Shown one piece after another: positions 8,196 through 18,237 of a stretch of DNA of 64,000 nt (position 1 is its first letter; each line of letters begins with the position of its first letter). The translations under genes and the position numbers were made by a program. The notes beneath the pieces were generated by a model. The model did not search any database. It was not told where the DNA came from and was given only the letters and a program-made list of their open reading frames with translations. Source of the stretch: a virus; the IMG/VR virus record IMGVR_UViG_2881341136_000002, positions 1,733 through 65,732 of that record. One strand, 5' to 3'.

Positions 8196-10168
8196 TAGTT
8201 AGGCTCCGGTTGTTGCGTCATTCTGGAATTCACACCATCCTGACTACCCGCGATCGCGTCAGCTGTCGCCTGCGCATCAGTCGCGCCGTAGACGGTGATA
8301 TTGGTTTCCTGATTGATAGAGGGGCCTGTCACAGACGTTGCGGCGCGGTTTATCAGGTCGCCTGAATAAATGTTCCGGCCATTTTCATGATGAATAATGC
8401 CATTCATGAGCCCGCCGAGAACCTGCGGGTTTTGCAGATTCAGCGCGGCCTGCGGATGCACGCCCAGCCGTTTCGCCATCGCATTAACATATGCGCCGGT
8501 ATCATTTTCAGATGAGGGTGCCCATGTTGAGATAATGCCCTCAACGGTGTTAATGCCTCGCTGGGCATACAGCGACAGTTGTCGCCCCATTGCGCGTAAA
8601 CCATCAAATGCAGTATCGAATTTTGCGAACCGACCACCATCGCGCTCAAGCGTTGCGCCTGCCTGCCCCGCAAAGTTTAAATTGCCGGGATTGTTATTAC
8701 GCTCTCCGCGTTTCAGTGATGACGGGATCATGCTAGCTGATGAATCAAAGACAGGTGAAAGCCAATCAGAAACACGGTTTACGACCCCCTCGCCTACCGC
8801 GGCGACGCCCTGCGCAACGGGGCTGCTAACAAACGCAACGGCGGCATCTTTCAGGGATGAGTATGCCCCAGAAAAATCGCCGCTAATCAGTTTCGTCAGC
8901 GCATCGACCATCGCCCCCAGAACCTTTGTCGCACTGCGTACACTCTCAATGATCTGGTCGAATAGCCATTTACCAGAAAATTTCGAGGTGTCGATATCGA
9001 TAAATTCAAGGAGTGCCTTTATCGCGTCCCACGTTGCCTTACCGAGATCGGCCACTTTGTCATAGAGGTCGCCAAAATCCCCGCTGAGTCCTCCAATGGC
9101 TTTCTTGGCGTATTCAATGCCCGGCTCCCACTTCTCCCAGTCAATCAGGCTTTGACCGCCCTCTTTCCACGTAACGTAGTCTTCAACCAGCGCGGCCAGT
9201 GCCGCCGCCAGCATGATGATCCGTCCGATGGGTGACATGGCGAACGCGCTGTTCAGCAAACGCCATGCGACCACCAGCGCGCCGAATGCCGCAATTACCC
9301 CCTTTGTGGATTTATCTAGGGAGTTCCACCAGTCAATAACCGCGCCAACCGCTTGAATCAACCGATAGACCACCCGCCCGATAATGTCAGCCATCCACAG
9401 AATAGACCTGATAACGGCCGTTATCCCCGCCTCAATGCGTGGGAAATTATCGACGATGAGTTTACGGAAGTTATCGATAGAGCCCGCCAGACCGCTGGCG
9501 AGATTCGCGCCGATTTTGTCCCGCGCCATACCCGCCATCATGCCGAACGAGCTCAGCGAGGTCATAAACCGATTCGAGCTGGCTGCCGCCTGCTCTGCAT
9601 TGAATCCGATCGCCTTGGCGGTGGCGGTATATTCCGCGCTGAATTGTCCCAGACCCCGCCGCATTGCCATCAGTGTGTTTTCGTCAATGCCGAGCATCTG
9701 CGCATACTGATTAGCCCGGTAGTACGGCATGCTGTTCAGACGCTGGCCTACGCCCGTAAAAATACTGGCCATATCCCGCATCTGGCCACTGGCGTCCCGC
9801 GTCTGCACACCCAGCCGATTTAAAAAACCCTCGGCACCCGGGCTGTTTCGTATGAACTGCGCCAGATTTTCCAGTGATGAGCGTGCGGCGTTGACGCTCC
9901 CGCCCATTTGCCCGACCGCATAGCCGATGCGCTGAATGCCCGCTACCGTCGCACCCGTGCGCTGGGATGCCCAATACAGATCATCCAGCCCGCTGGCTAT
10001 TTTGGTGGTAAACGCAACAACAGACAGCGCCGCCGCCTGCACCGCCACCCCCAGCGTCACGACTTTTGCGGTCGCGCTGACAATCCCCGCCTCAAACTTG
10101 CGCTGCCCTGCCTCATCAACGTCAAATCCCAGCGAGACGAGAAACGATTTGATAGCCTCAGCGTTCAT
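8195..10168 (-). CDS. Tape measure protein with C-terminal lysozyme-like domain
   Basis: Ala/Gly-rich helical body; RNNNPGNL...IISTWAPSSENDT lytic-domain motif. Confidence 0.85.
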   Translation of the reverse strand: MNAEAIKSFLVSLGFDVDEAGQRKFEAGIVSATAKVVTLGVAVQAAALSVVAFTTKIASGLDDLYWASQRTGATVAGIQRIGYAVGQMGGSVNAARSSLENLAQFIRNSPGAEGFLNRLGVQTRDASGQMRDMASIFTGVGQRLNSMPYYRANQYAQMLGIDENTLMAMRRGLGQFSAEYTATAKAIGFNAEQAAASSNRFMTSLSSFGMMAGMARDKIGANLASGLAGSIDNFRKLIVDNFPRIEAGITAVIRSILWMADIIGRVVYRLIQAVGAVIDWWNSLDKSTKGVIAAFGALVVAWRLLNSAFAMSPIGRIIMLAAALAALVEDYVTWKEGGQSLIDWEKWEPGIEYAKKAIGGLSGDFGDLYDKVADLGKATWDAIKALLEFIDIDTSKFSGKWLFDQIIESVRSATKVLGAMVDALTKLISGDFSGAYSSLKDAAVAFVSSPVAQGVAAVGEGVVNRVSDWLSPVFDSSASMIPSSLKRGERNNNPGNLNFAGQAGATLERDGGRFAKFDTAFDGLRAMGRQLSLYAQRGINTVEGIISTWAPSSENDTGAYVNAMAKRLGVHPQAALNLQNPQVLGGLMNGIIHHENGRNIYSGDLINRAATSVTGPSINQETNITVYGATDAQATADAIAGSQDGVNSRMTQQPEPN

Positions 10169-10400
10169 TATCTTCTCTCCATTTCGCTATGCGGTATTCG
10201 TTGTCGGCCTTCATGTCGAGGTAATCATTCATGCGCGCGATATCCGCCAGATCGACAGATCCGTCTTTCAGTGCAGGGTAAAGAATATGCCCGGCATCAA
10301 CCGGACGCATGATGTAGTCTTCGCCGTCAGGCAGTGTATCGAGGGTTAGGCCGCTGGCGGGGTGGGCGTCGCGCTGTCGGGGAGTTCGTGCAAAAAATTT
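10158..10400 (-). CDS. -1 frameshift extension of the tail assembly chaperone (G-T-like)
   Basis: Slippery A AAT TTT at 10400-10394; the -1 frame is open to TGA at 10158 (…LTLDTLPDGEDYIMRPVDAG…KWREDNER) and has no start of its own before codon M14. Confidence 0.8.
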   Translation of the reverse strand, partial: KFFARTPRQRDAHPASGLTLDTLPDGEDYIMRPVDAGHILYPALKDGSVDLADIARMNDYLDMKADNEYRIAKWREDNER

Positions 10401-10756
10401 CCGAGGGAGTCGGCGACCACCCGCGCCACCAGCGACAGCAGGGTGAACAGATCGATATCGTCAAACATCAACTCGCCCTGGCTAAAGACTGGCGTCCAGC
10501 CTTTGTCGTGCTTACGCGCTACAACAGTCAGGCAGGGGTGAATGATCGCGTTAACATCATCGTCCGGTAACGCAGCAATCGCATCAGCAATCTGGGGTAA
10601 CGCCTTCATGGCACCGTCCGTCTTTAGCGATTTCAACTCACCCGCGTTAGACAGCATGCCAGCCAGCATCGGCAGCAGTTTTCGCGTTACCTTCAGTTGG
10701 TCAAAAACACCCAGCTTTGACAGGCGATAATCATGGCCTTTCAGTGTGATTTCCAA
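10346..10756 (-). CDS. Tail assembly chaperone
   Basis: Position between tube and tape measure; slippery site near the 3' end. Confidence 0.8.
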   Translation of the reverse strand: MEITLKGHDYRLSKLGVFDQLKVTRKLLPMLAGMLSNAGELKSLKTDGAMKALPQIADAIAALPDDDVNAIIHPCLTVVARKHDKGWTPVFSQGELMFDDIDLFTLLSLVARVVADSLGNFLHELPDSATPTPPAA

Positions 10757-11197
10757 TTAAAACTCTCCCAGTAGTTGGTCGATTTTGCCGCAGTCGAACA
10801 CCCATGAAACGGTGTTACCGACCTTGGCGTTAGCGTGATCCGGCTGCTTCTGGAACGCGACAGACCGCGCCGTTGATGTATCACCCGATGCTTTGTTTCG
10901 CACCACAATAACGTTGTTGCCCCACGTCGCGGACGACTGGCTCTGCGCGTTGTACGCCAGGGACAGCTTCTTATTAACCGGGGAGGTCTTCAGCAGCGTG
11001 ACAGTGATGGTGCCCGATTTCCCCGCGTGCAGGCTGTGCATTACTTCGCCGTCCGCACCTACTGTCATGGTGTTTTTCGCCTCGGTCATGGCGATGGTTA
11101 TCCCCTCCTCCGAGGCTGCCGAGCCGTAACCGAAATCGATAATTCCGGTGGGGCCTGCAAGGGACGCGGTAACGTCCAGAAATGAATATGTGCTCAT
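10757..11197 (-). CDS. Tail tube protein (DUF3277-like)
   Basis: MSTYSFLDV...GADGEVMHSL...; follows sheath. Confidence 0.82.
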   Translation of the reverse strand: MSTYSFLDVTASLAGPTGIIDFGYGSAASEEGITIAMTEAKNTMTVGADGEVMHSLHAGKSGTITVTLLKTSPVNKKLSLAYNAQSQSSATWGNNVIVVRNKASGDTSTARSVAFQKQPDHANAKVGNTVSWVFDCGKIDQLLGEF

Positions 11198-11206
11198 TGA
11201 TCCCCC

Positions 11207-12352
11207 TTAACGAACAACGTTGATTTGTACGTCAGCGTAATGCACAGCGCCGGCCAGCTTGCACGCCACCTGAATAACGGGCGCTTTACGGGCTTCGCGG
11301 TCTGCCTGTGCCTGCGCGGATATCGGCTGCGCATAGACGTAGTAGCCTTTTGTCAGCGTGTCACCGCTTGCCAGCTGGCCTATCGGTCCACCATTCCACA
11401 CACCGGGTGCAACCAGTCCATTCGTCACGCTCTGATCCATTGATTGTTCAACGTTCGCCAGCAGGCGTGTGACACCCGCATCGGTTTGAGGCACTTTGGT
11501 TGTGCTGGTGTACAGCACGTTGTAGAGGTTGGTCTGTACGTAGTTTTGTAGCCAGTCCAGTCCGTGGCGTTCATCGAAGAAGTCGCCGTTTGCCATGACG
11601 CCCTGCTGAAGGATTGCCGTATCGTTTTCGTAGTACACATAAACGTTACAGTTTTTCGCATCAACGGCAGCGGCCTGATTGATTTGCAGGGTTTCGTACG
11701 TGACGCCAGGCTCCTGTTTGAATTTCAGCGTAATGGTGGTGTTGCTGCCGTTAAAATTCACGGTAAACGCCCGACCAAACGCAGACAGCGCCGCGTATTT
11801 GCTGCTGGTGGAATACTGCGTGAATGTGCGCGCATACCCCGCCGCCTTCAGTTTTGATGCCAGATCGTCGGCGCTGGTTGTACTCAGTGTTGCCGCCGCA
11901 TCAGTAGTAACGGCAAAGATGCGACTGACGCGGGCCGACTCAATCGCCGCCGCTGCCGCCAGTACATCAGCATCAGTCAGATCGTTACTATCAGCGATGC
12001 CCAGCCCATACCAGTTGGTAAACTGAAGTGAGGCATTGACGGCCTGAATCAACGTTTCAACGGTGCCAGTTTCTCCGGCCTCCAGCGTTTTCGCCCAGCG
12101 TCCGATGTACACCTGCGTCGGTTTCGGGGATTGCGAAAAGAACACCGTGGCGGCGGCGTATTCTGGCGAATCCACACCGAAATCCTCCCCGATATCTTCA
12201 ACGCCGGAATAAAGCCGCAGGCGCTCGGTGACGGGAATAATGGTTGATGTGCCGAGAATCAGCAACGAGCCAAAGTTTCGGCCTGTCGCCGCCGTGGGCG
12301 ACATGATGACATCCACGTTGACAACGTTGGACAACGGTAAGCCCTGTGCCAT
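11207..12352 (-). CDS. Tail sheath protein (DUF3383-like)
   Basis: [14 protein letters not shown]; [13 protein letters not shown]; C-terminal [15 protein letters not shown]. Confidence 0.88.
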   Translation of the reverse strand: MAQGLPLSNVVNVDVIMSPTAATGRNFGSLLILGTSTIIPVTERLRLYSGVEDIGEDFGVDSPEYAAATVFFSQSPKPTQVYIGRWAKTLEAGETGTVETLIQAVNASLQFTNWYGLGIADSNDLTDADVLAAAAAIESARVSRIFAVTTDAAATLSTTSADDLASKLKAAGYARTFTQYSTSSKYAALSAFGRAFTVNFNGSNTTITLKFKQEPGVTYETLQINQAAAVDAKNCNVYVYYENDTAILQQGVMANGDFFDERHGLDWLQNYVQTNLYNVLYTSTTKVPQTDAGVTRLLANVEQSMDQSVTNGLVAPGVWNGGPIGQLASGDTLTKGYYVYAQPISAQAQADREARKAPVIQVACKLAGAVHYADVQINVVR

Positions 12353-12355
12353 GAA

Positions 12356-12916
12356 TTAATCTCCAAAGAATACTGGCGCATCCACCAGCGTTTTGATGTT
12401 GTACGTACGCGTGTTTTTGCGGGATAGCGTGACAGTGATGTCGTAGCGCCTCACCCACTGGTTGTTAATGAGCTCAGGCAGGTTATAGAGAGTCCCCGCC
12501 TCCACCAGCGATAGCCCGGTCAGGTTTAGTTCGGCGTTGTTCTGCTCAACGAAGATGCCCGCGCGGAACGTGGCCGCCGTGCTGGCACCGAGAGGACCAT
12601 AGAAGCAGCAGATAACCGTCACGGTTTCCCATGCCCACTGCTCGGACTGGTCTTCCGAAACCTGAACGTCTGACTGGCTGAGCGGCTGAGGCACGGTGGT
12701 GATACCGAATCCGCACCATGTCACGCCGTTTTTCGGGATTTGTGGCTGCGGGTCTGTCCAGCGCGGGAAAACCTGCGCGGCAGGCAGGCCAGACACGCCA
12801 CGGATCCATCGACTGATTTCCCGCTCAAGCTCTTCGTCATAAGCAGGTGTATCCCCGACCGGGCTAAGATAGCCACGCGATGTACTGTCATTGCTCAACG
12901 GGTATCCCTCCGTCAA
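12356..12916 (-). CDS. Neck/tail terminator protein
   Basis: Synteny before sheath; PELINNQWVRRYD motif. Confidence 0.7.
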   Translation of the reverse strand: MTEGYPLSNDSTSRGYLSPVGDTPAYDEELEREISRWIRGVSGLPAAQVFPRWTDPQPQIPKNGVTWCGFGITTVPQPLSQSDVQVSEDQSEQWAWETVTVICCFYGPLGASTAATFRAGIFVEQNNAELNLTGLSLVEAGTLYNLPELINNQWVRRYDITVTLSRKNTRTYNIKTLVDAPVFFGD

Positions 12917-13295
12917 AATCCATTAACTCGCAGTGCGCCTGAACAAATCCCGCGCCATAGCTCGTATACGGACCGACAAACGTCACGCGGTATCGGCGTC
13001 CGTTATAGGACACCACATCGGCATCCAGTCGCGGCGTGGTGCCTGACGACGGTTGCCCCTGCGTCAGCCGGAACTGCGTCACGATGAGAATGGCCCCCCT
13101 GATGTTCTGTCCGGCAGCCATGCGCCGTGCTTCGAGTGAGCGGTCGACTGTCACCACGCCAGAGAATGGGATGTCCTGCGGTGTGTTGGTTGGAAAGTTG
13201 TCATCGTCCACGGTCTGCACCTGCCGATGACAAATCAGCGAGAAATCAGCAAAATCGGGATCGAGCAGTATTTCGGAAACATCGAGCAGCGGCAT
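12888..13295 (-). CDS. Head closure/head-tail adaptor
   Basis: MPLLDVSEILLDPDF motif; synteny. Confidence 0.7.
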   Translation of the reverse strand: MPLLDVSEILLDPDFADFSLICHRQVQTVDDDNFPTNTPQDIPFSGVVTVDRSLEARRMAAGQNIRGAILIVTQFRLTQGQPSSGTTPRLDADVVSYNGRRYRVTFVGPYTSYGAGFVQAHCELMDFDGGIPVEQ

Positions 13296-13297
13296 GA

Positions 13298-13801
13298 TTA
13301 TTTCCTCACAACATAGGTGATAGAGCGCAACAGGTAGCCGTGTGCGTATAGCGGCTTTTCACCTAGCAACCCGTTAGCCCGTCGTTTTTTTAGTGTTTTT
13401 TCGGAAAGCGGCGCGAGTCGGTCACCATCACTGATCACCTTTTTCGCGCCGTCAGAGGCGATAATCCCAGCGCGTTCGAGTTCACGCTCAGCGCCAGCGG
13501 CGTTCCCCTCCAGAGCCAGTTCTGCGGCGGCTTTCAGGTGTGCGGTGGTGCGGTCGCGCGTATCCTCAATACCGATATCCAGAAAGGGGCGCGGTGGTAA
13601 CGTGACGACAGCACCGTCGATCTCAATCGTTGCACCGGTTGATTGCAGGTAACCGATCTCGGCGTTGTTCAACTGGCCGTCATCACACGACGCATTGCCC
13701 TCGGGTATGCCCACCAGCACGTCCATTCCAGATAAGCGCGTCAGGGCATCGATAATTGAGTCGGCGTTATCCGCCGTTACCGTCACGCCGCTTTTCTTCA
13801 T
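13298..13801 (-). CDS. Neck/tail completion protein (start reassigned to the ATG overlapping the upstream stop)
   Basis: VLVGIP...PPRPFL...KPLYAHGYL; ATGA overlap at 13798-13801. Confidence 0.7.
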   Translation of the reverse strand: MKKSGVTVTADNADSIIDALTRLSGMDVLVGIPEGNASCDDGQLNNAEIGYLQSTGATIEIDGAVVTLPPRPFLDIGIEDTRDRTTAHLKAAAELALEGNAAGAERELERAGIIASDGAKKVISDGDRLAPLSEKTLKKRRANGLLGEKPLYAHGYLLRSITYVVRK

Positions 13802-14217
13802 AGCAACTGCCTCCCACCCGCGCCATACATCGACCACCACCAGAAAAACTCGCGCCCGTATCCGGTGTTGTTCCAGAACCCCGCGTCAGGGTTAATAATC
13901 CCTGATACGTCGTAGCTGGCGCTGACCTTATCCACCGATTTTGATGTCAGGACACCACCACCAGATGAATTCACCCCCCCGCCAGCCGTAGCAGACGCCA
14001 GAGCGCGTCCACGCAATTCGGTGTAGTGCGCGGTAAACAGCTCAGCCAGGTACACGAACTGATCGCCCTGCATATTCTGGTCGAGCAATATGTCAGCCTG
14101 CCCCAGATAAAAATTCACTGCGGCATCGGGGTAACGGGTGGTATTGGAGAATTCAGGGAAGTCATCGCGGAATTTCTGGACGGTCGGTAGCAGACTATTT
14201 TTAGGCATATCTACCAC
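13798..14217 (-). CDS. Head-tail adaptor (DUF4054-like)
   Basis: FRDDFPEF...AHY...SKSVDKVSASY...TGYGREF. Confidence 0.8.
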   Translation of the reverse strand: MVDMPKNSLLPTVQKFRDDFPEFSNTTRYPDAAVNFYLGQADILLDQNMQGDQFVYLAELFTAHYTELRGRALASATAGGGVNSSGGGVLTSKSVDKVSASYDVSGIINPDAGFWNNTGYGREFFWWWSMYGAGGRQLL

Positions 14218-14222
14218 CTGTT

Positions 14223-14594
14223 TTATTTCTTGGCGTTAGCGCCTTTTTCTGCCGCTGCCAATGCAGTAGAAAGCTGCTCTTGCAGGCCTGCCAGTTCAGT
14301 ATCCTTTCCAGCCAGTTGAGCGGACAGGTCTTCGCTGATTTGGCTCTGTGCTGCCAGTTGCGTTTTCAGCGATTCGTTTTCCTCGCTCAGCACAGTAAGT
14401 TGAGCGGACAGGTCTTCGGTCTGCTTTTCTTTTTCCACCTCTGATTTATCCAGCGGCTTGGCATAGGACGTAAACGCCCAATGCTTTCTCACTGACTCAG
14501 GGAGATTGTTACTGTCGTGAATGCCGGCTTGCAATTCAAAGCGCGTACCGTCTGGAAAGCTGAGCATTGCGCCGCCTGAAATGATGTATTTCAT
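14223..14594 (-). CDS. Hypothetical coiled-coil protein
   Basis: 123-aa ORF after capsid; repeated EDLSAQL. Confidence 0.7.
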   Translation of the reverse strand: MKYIISGGAMLSFPDGTRFELQAGIHDSNNLPESVRKHWAFTSYAKPLDKSEVEKEKQTEDLSAQLTVLSEENESLKTQLAAQSQISEDLSAQLAGKDTELAGLQEQLSTALAAAEKGANAKK

Positions 14595-14607
14595 GCTGTT
14601 ACTCCAT

Positions 14608-14631
14608 AAAGAAAGGCGGGTTACCCCGCCT
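14608..14631 (-). terminator. Intrinsic terminator after the major capsid gene
   Basis: AGGCGGG-TTAC-CCCGCCT stem with a U-rich tail on minus strand. Confidence 0.7.
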
Positions 14632-14643
14632 GTGCTGTCGCTA

Positions 14644-15591
14644 TCAGGACACCGGAACGTCGAGATAGGAAATCGTGTTTGAATACGGTGTTTCCACTTG
14701 CCCCAGCTTGCCGTAGTACACGCTCAACTGTTGCATGCCGCGATATTCCAGCGGGGTATTCAGCAATGGAACCATCGGGAATCGCACGTATTTTTCATCC
14801 TGCGTATACGCAACGATACGGTGAGCACCACCCGCGCCGAGGCCTGACGCCCATTTCATTGAAACGATTTCCAGCGGTTCACCGTTCTCCTGAAACGCGA
14901 TGGTGTTGATTTTCACGTATTCCAGCACCGAGATGTTCCCTGCGGACGACACTTTTTTGCTCGACAGCAGGGCGAACAACTCAGGAGCTAGCCCGATTTT
15001 TGACGGACACACCGCATAACCTGACCGCACCCACGCTTCAATCAGTGCCAGGTTAATATCCTGAACAATAACGTCAGGATCGGTTGTCGCTGTCCACGGT
15101 GCCGCCGCTGCGATCGGGAAAACGTCAGGCAGATTCAGCAGTCCGCGCACACCCAGATCGGTATCACCGATATAGACCTGCTCGTCAGTGTCCATCGCAA
15201 ACTTCAGCTTCATCCCTTCGTATTTCTGAACATCAATCGGGCGTCCGAGTTTTTGTGCCGATGCCAGTTCCAGTACCGTCCATCCGAGCTCCATCGCCCA
15301 CGGCGTCAGGTTGTTACGCGTCGGTACGATATTCAGTTCAACACCCGGTACCGCCGTTCCCTTTTTCCCCATCCAGTTTTTACCGCGCGGGTTAGGTCCG
15401 CCTACGCTGGCAAAATCGGAGTTAGTGAATGATGAAACCTCATCCGCGATCGAAATGTCGCTACGCAGAGGCATGTCGCGTGACCATTTAACTGAGGTCA
15501 GCGGCATGTTCAGATTTTGATCCATGCGCTCCAGCTCTCCGACCAGAAACGCGCCGGTGGAGTCGATGGTTGCTCTGTCAACTGTAAACAT
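14644..15591 (-). CDS. Major capsid protein (DUF2184-like)
   Basis: 315 aa; GAFLVGELERMD; synteny after decoration gene. Confidence 0.88.
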   Translation of the reverse strand: MFTVDRATIDSTGAFLVGELERMDQNLNMPLTSVKWSRDMPLRSDISIADEVSSFTNSDFASVGGPNPRGKNWMGKKGTAVPGVELNIVPTRNNLTPWAMELGWTVLELASAQKLGRPIDVQKYEGMKLKFAMDTDEQVYIGDTDLGVRGLLNLPDVFPIAAAAPWTATTDPDVIVQDINLALIEAWVRSGYAVCPSKIGLAPELFALLSSKKVSSAGNISVLEYVKINTIAFQENGEPLEIVSMKWASGLGAGGAHRIVAYTQDEKYVRFPMVPLLNTPLEYRGMQQLSVYYGKLGQVETPYSNTISYLDVPVS

Positions 15592-15600
15592 TGTTGCCCC

Positions 15601-16104
15601 TTAGATTTTGTAGGAAATTTCGATACGGCCGTCGGCTTCCCCCGGCCCCATAACTTCGGCGTTCGGCAGCTGCGGCGTGTTGGTCGCTGTGGCGTCTGGT
15701 GTCAACAAAAACGACCCGACAGGGCTGGCTGTTGAACCCGCAGCGACACGGACGTATACCGGGGATCCCTTCTTCGCTGTTGCTGCGTTACCTGCCGTGG
15801 CTTTCACGCAGATGTAGCCGCGCTTCAGGTTGTCACCGACCTGATTTACCGTGACGCCGAGGTATGCCAAATCAGCAACGGACGTGATTGGGTACGGGCG
15901 AACCAAAATCCCCGCCACATTCGCGATAGCGTCGCCAGATTCGAGCGGGACAAACTTGTCATTCACGTACTTCCCTGCGAGGCCATAGCCCGCGAACTGC
16001 TTCTGGTAATCCAGCGTTACAGGTTCGATAGTCAGATCGCGAGGACGTGTTACAGCACCCGCGATGCCGATTGGCATCCGGTGTAAATATGAATTTCCTG
16101 CCAT
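15601..16104 (-). CDS. Head decoration/cement protein
   Basis: YLHRMPIGIAGAVTR motif; position. Confidence 0.7.
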   Translation of the reverse strand: MAGNSYLHRMPIGIAGAVTRPRDLTIEPVTLDYQKQFAGYGLAGKYVNDKFVPLESGDAIANVAGILVRPYPITSVADLAYLGVTVNQVGDNLKRGYICVKATAGNAATAKKGSPVYVRVAAGSTASPVGSFLLTPDATATNTPQLPNAEVMGPGEADGRIEISYKI

Positions 16105-16114
16105 TGTGGTTACC

Positions 16115-17368
16115 TTATTTGCGTTTGCTCCAGAACTCAGCGTTCAGCTTATTCAGCTCCGCTGGGCTCATGCGCTTGGTTTGTGGGGCGCTGTCAGTGG
16201 TACGCGCCGGATTCAGCGGGTTGATGTGATTCTTCGCTTTATTCAGCGCTACAGCAGCAGTAAACACGGCGTCTACCGTTGCCTTTGGCACTGCGGTGAA
16301 ATCACTCACGCCAAACGATTTCAGACTGTCGCCAGTGCGCACCGCGTGGTTGAGGACCTGACGTTTCAACGCCTTGTCGCCAGTTGGCTGAAATCCGGGG
16401 GAAATGATTTCCGCATCAGCGATCAGGTTCTGTTTAAACGCCGCGTCACCTGTCACCTTCCGGTCTTCCTCTTCGTCCTCATCGCCCGTTTTGTTGGGAT
16501 CTGAATCAGTAGTTTTTCCCTCGAGCGCTTCCAGACGAGTAATTAGCGCCTTTGCCCAGGCAGGAACTTCTTCATCACCCGTAGGCTCTTTTTTCTCCGG
16601 GTTATCATCCGTTGTCGTGCGCTGCTCTGCGGGTAGCGATGTAGACTGTGACGGGATGTTGATGTTGATGGTTGAGCCAGGGATCGAGCTCATGCCGTCG
16701 GATGGCATATCCGGCGCTTCGTCAATGAGTTGCTGTAACGCTGCCTCATCTTTCGTTTTGATCGCAGTGACCAGTTTTTTAAGCCATGACATTGCAGGCC
16801 TCTCCTTTTTTGTTGATGGGGCAGAATCCCCGATTGCACAACGGCCACCCGCGCGGCCACGGTCGATACCGACAGCCAGGTGATTTCCGGTGATTTGGTA
16901 TTGCTTACCCTTTCCGGGTGATAACTGCTTGTACAGGGCGTCGTAACCGCAACTGACATCGGTCAGGCCAGCATTGATAGCATCGATAGCTTCTTGCCGC
17001 TTAACCAGCACGTCAGCAATGAGCAGGTCCGCTTTATCGCCGGTACCGCGCCGGACGTTCTGAATGTGTCCGTGAGAGAGTTCCGAGAAGTTCGACGGGT
17101 TAACGAAGACGATTTCCCCGTCATCCCCCTCAGGGTGTCCCAGCGTGACGGCTACGCCCTCAAAACTCGCTATTGTTTCAGGGGAAAAAACTTCGTCTTC
17201 AGTGCGCCATACGGTTACGGTTCCGCTTGAATCTGGCTCAAGTCCGACTTCTTCAGGTAGATAAACCTGCGTCCCCGTCCTTGCGATTGGGACGTCTTTG
17301 CACAGGAGCGAGCCATCCGCCTGTAAATAGCGCGTCTCGCCGAGGCGGGTAGTGAAAAAATATTTCAT
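16115..17368 (-). CDS. Prohead protease/scaffold (DUF2213-like)
   Basis: PIARTGTQVY, VTLGHP, VSCGYDA, NHLAV..GRAG motifs. Confidence 0.88.
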   Translation of the reverse strand: MKYFFTTRLGETRYLQADGSLLCKDVPIARTGTQVYLPEEVGLEPDSSGTVTVWRTEDEVFSPETIASFEGVAVTLGHPEGDDGEIVFVNPSNFSELSHGHIQNVRRGTGDKADLLIADVLVKRQEAIDAINAGLTDVSCGYDALYKQLSPGKGKQYQITGNHLAVGIDRGRAGGRCAIGDSAPSTKKERPAMSWLKKLVTAIKTKDEAALQQLIDEAPDMPSDGMSSIPGSTININIPSQSTSLPAEQRTTTDDNPEKKEPTGDEEVPAWAKALITRLEALEGKTTDSDPNKTGDEDEEEDRKVTGDAAFKQNLIADAEIISPGFQPTGDKALKRQVLNHAVRTGDSLKSFGVSDFTAVPKATVDAVFTAAVALNKAKNHINPLNPARTTDSAPQTKRMSPAELNKLNAEFWSKRK

Positions 17369-17394
17369 GGGTTACCTGCTGAATGGCGGGTATT

Positions 17395-17417
17395 AAAAAG
17401 GCCGCACATAGCGACCT
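17395..17417 (-). terminator. Intrinsic terminator (near-identical copy at 23617)
   Basis: Minus strand AGGTCGC-TATGT-GCGGCCT-TTTT. Confidence 0.7.
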
Positions 17418-17418
17418 G

Positions 17419-18237
17419 TTATTTTCTTGGCTCAGGGATATGAACCTCTGACCAGCATTTGCAATTAGGTAAGCACCCAGCATGGCCAGTCATGCCGTCA
17501 AGCGTTGGCGGGTTATCCCATCGTACGAATTTATCTTTCATTTTTCGGTGTGATGGACGCGTGCCGGCACCCTCAATGCGCCACCAGTATCCGTCAGAAC
17601 CGACGGCCAGCGCTCGCGCCTGAGTCAGCGCCCCCGTGGCTCTGCCTATTTCTGTTCGTGCGATGAGGCGAGCACGACTGGCAGCCACTTGACCGGACGC
17701 CATAATCATTTCGTAGAGTTGATCCGGCCGTTCACCGTTGACAACTGCCAGCATTGCGCGTTCCTGTATCTCAGATACGCGGCTGGCCGCCTCCAGAGGT
17801 AACGACTTCATGTACTGAATCTGGCGCGCTACGATATCCTGCGCGACGTAACCGACTGGCGTATTCCCGACGACATCACGCAAGCCAGCAGCGATTTCCT
17901 GCGATACCGATCGCCACTGATTCCACTCCTCCTGTTCAACCTGCTCGAACATTTTTTTACCGACCATTTCCGCCCAGTCGCCAATCACGTCCGAATAATC
18001 CACCAGCGTGTTAGTTATCGAGTCAGCGCTATTTTGAGAACCATCGTAGGAACCAGCCACTATCGCGCCGATTTGCTGCGCTATCGCCTGTAGGCTTTTG
18101 AGGTACTGGCGCTCGGATTTCCGGCGGAGCCCCGGCCTCAAGTTCAGGCTCCTCCCACTCAGCTTTGGCATCTTCAATATCCTTGTCAGTAATTGAGCCG
18201 CCGATACCGATAACGTCAGCCAGGTTGCGCAGGTCAT
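17419..18237 (-). CDS. Head morphogenesis protein (SPP1 gp7/Mu F-like); true start probably downstream
   Basis: RARLIARTEIGRA...RPSH...GCLPNCKC motifs. Confidence 0.85.
   Translation of the reverse strand: MTCATWLTLSVSAAQLLTRILKMPKLSGRSLNLRPGLRRKSERQYLKSLQAIAQQIGAIVAGSYDGSQNSADSITNTLVDYSDVIGDWAEMVGKKMFEQVEQEEWNQWRSVSQEIAAGLRDVVGNTPVGYVAQDIVARQIQYMKSLPLEAASRVSEIQERAMLAVVNGERPDQLYEMIMASGQVAASRARLIARTEIGRATGALTQARALAVGSDGYWWRIEGAGTRPSHRKMKDKFVRWDNPPTLDGMTGHAGCLPNCKCWSEVHIPEPRK

Noticed and set aside
11207-12352. Truncated tail sheath (381 aa seems short)
   Set aside because: Both termini look intact and the frame is uninterrupted; a natural short variant cannot be distinguished from a deletion without alignment.
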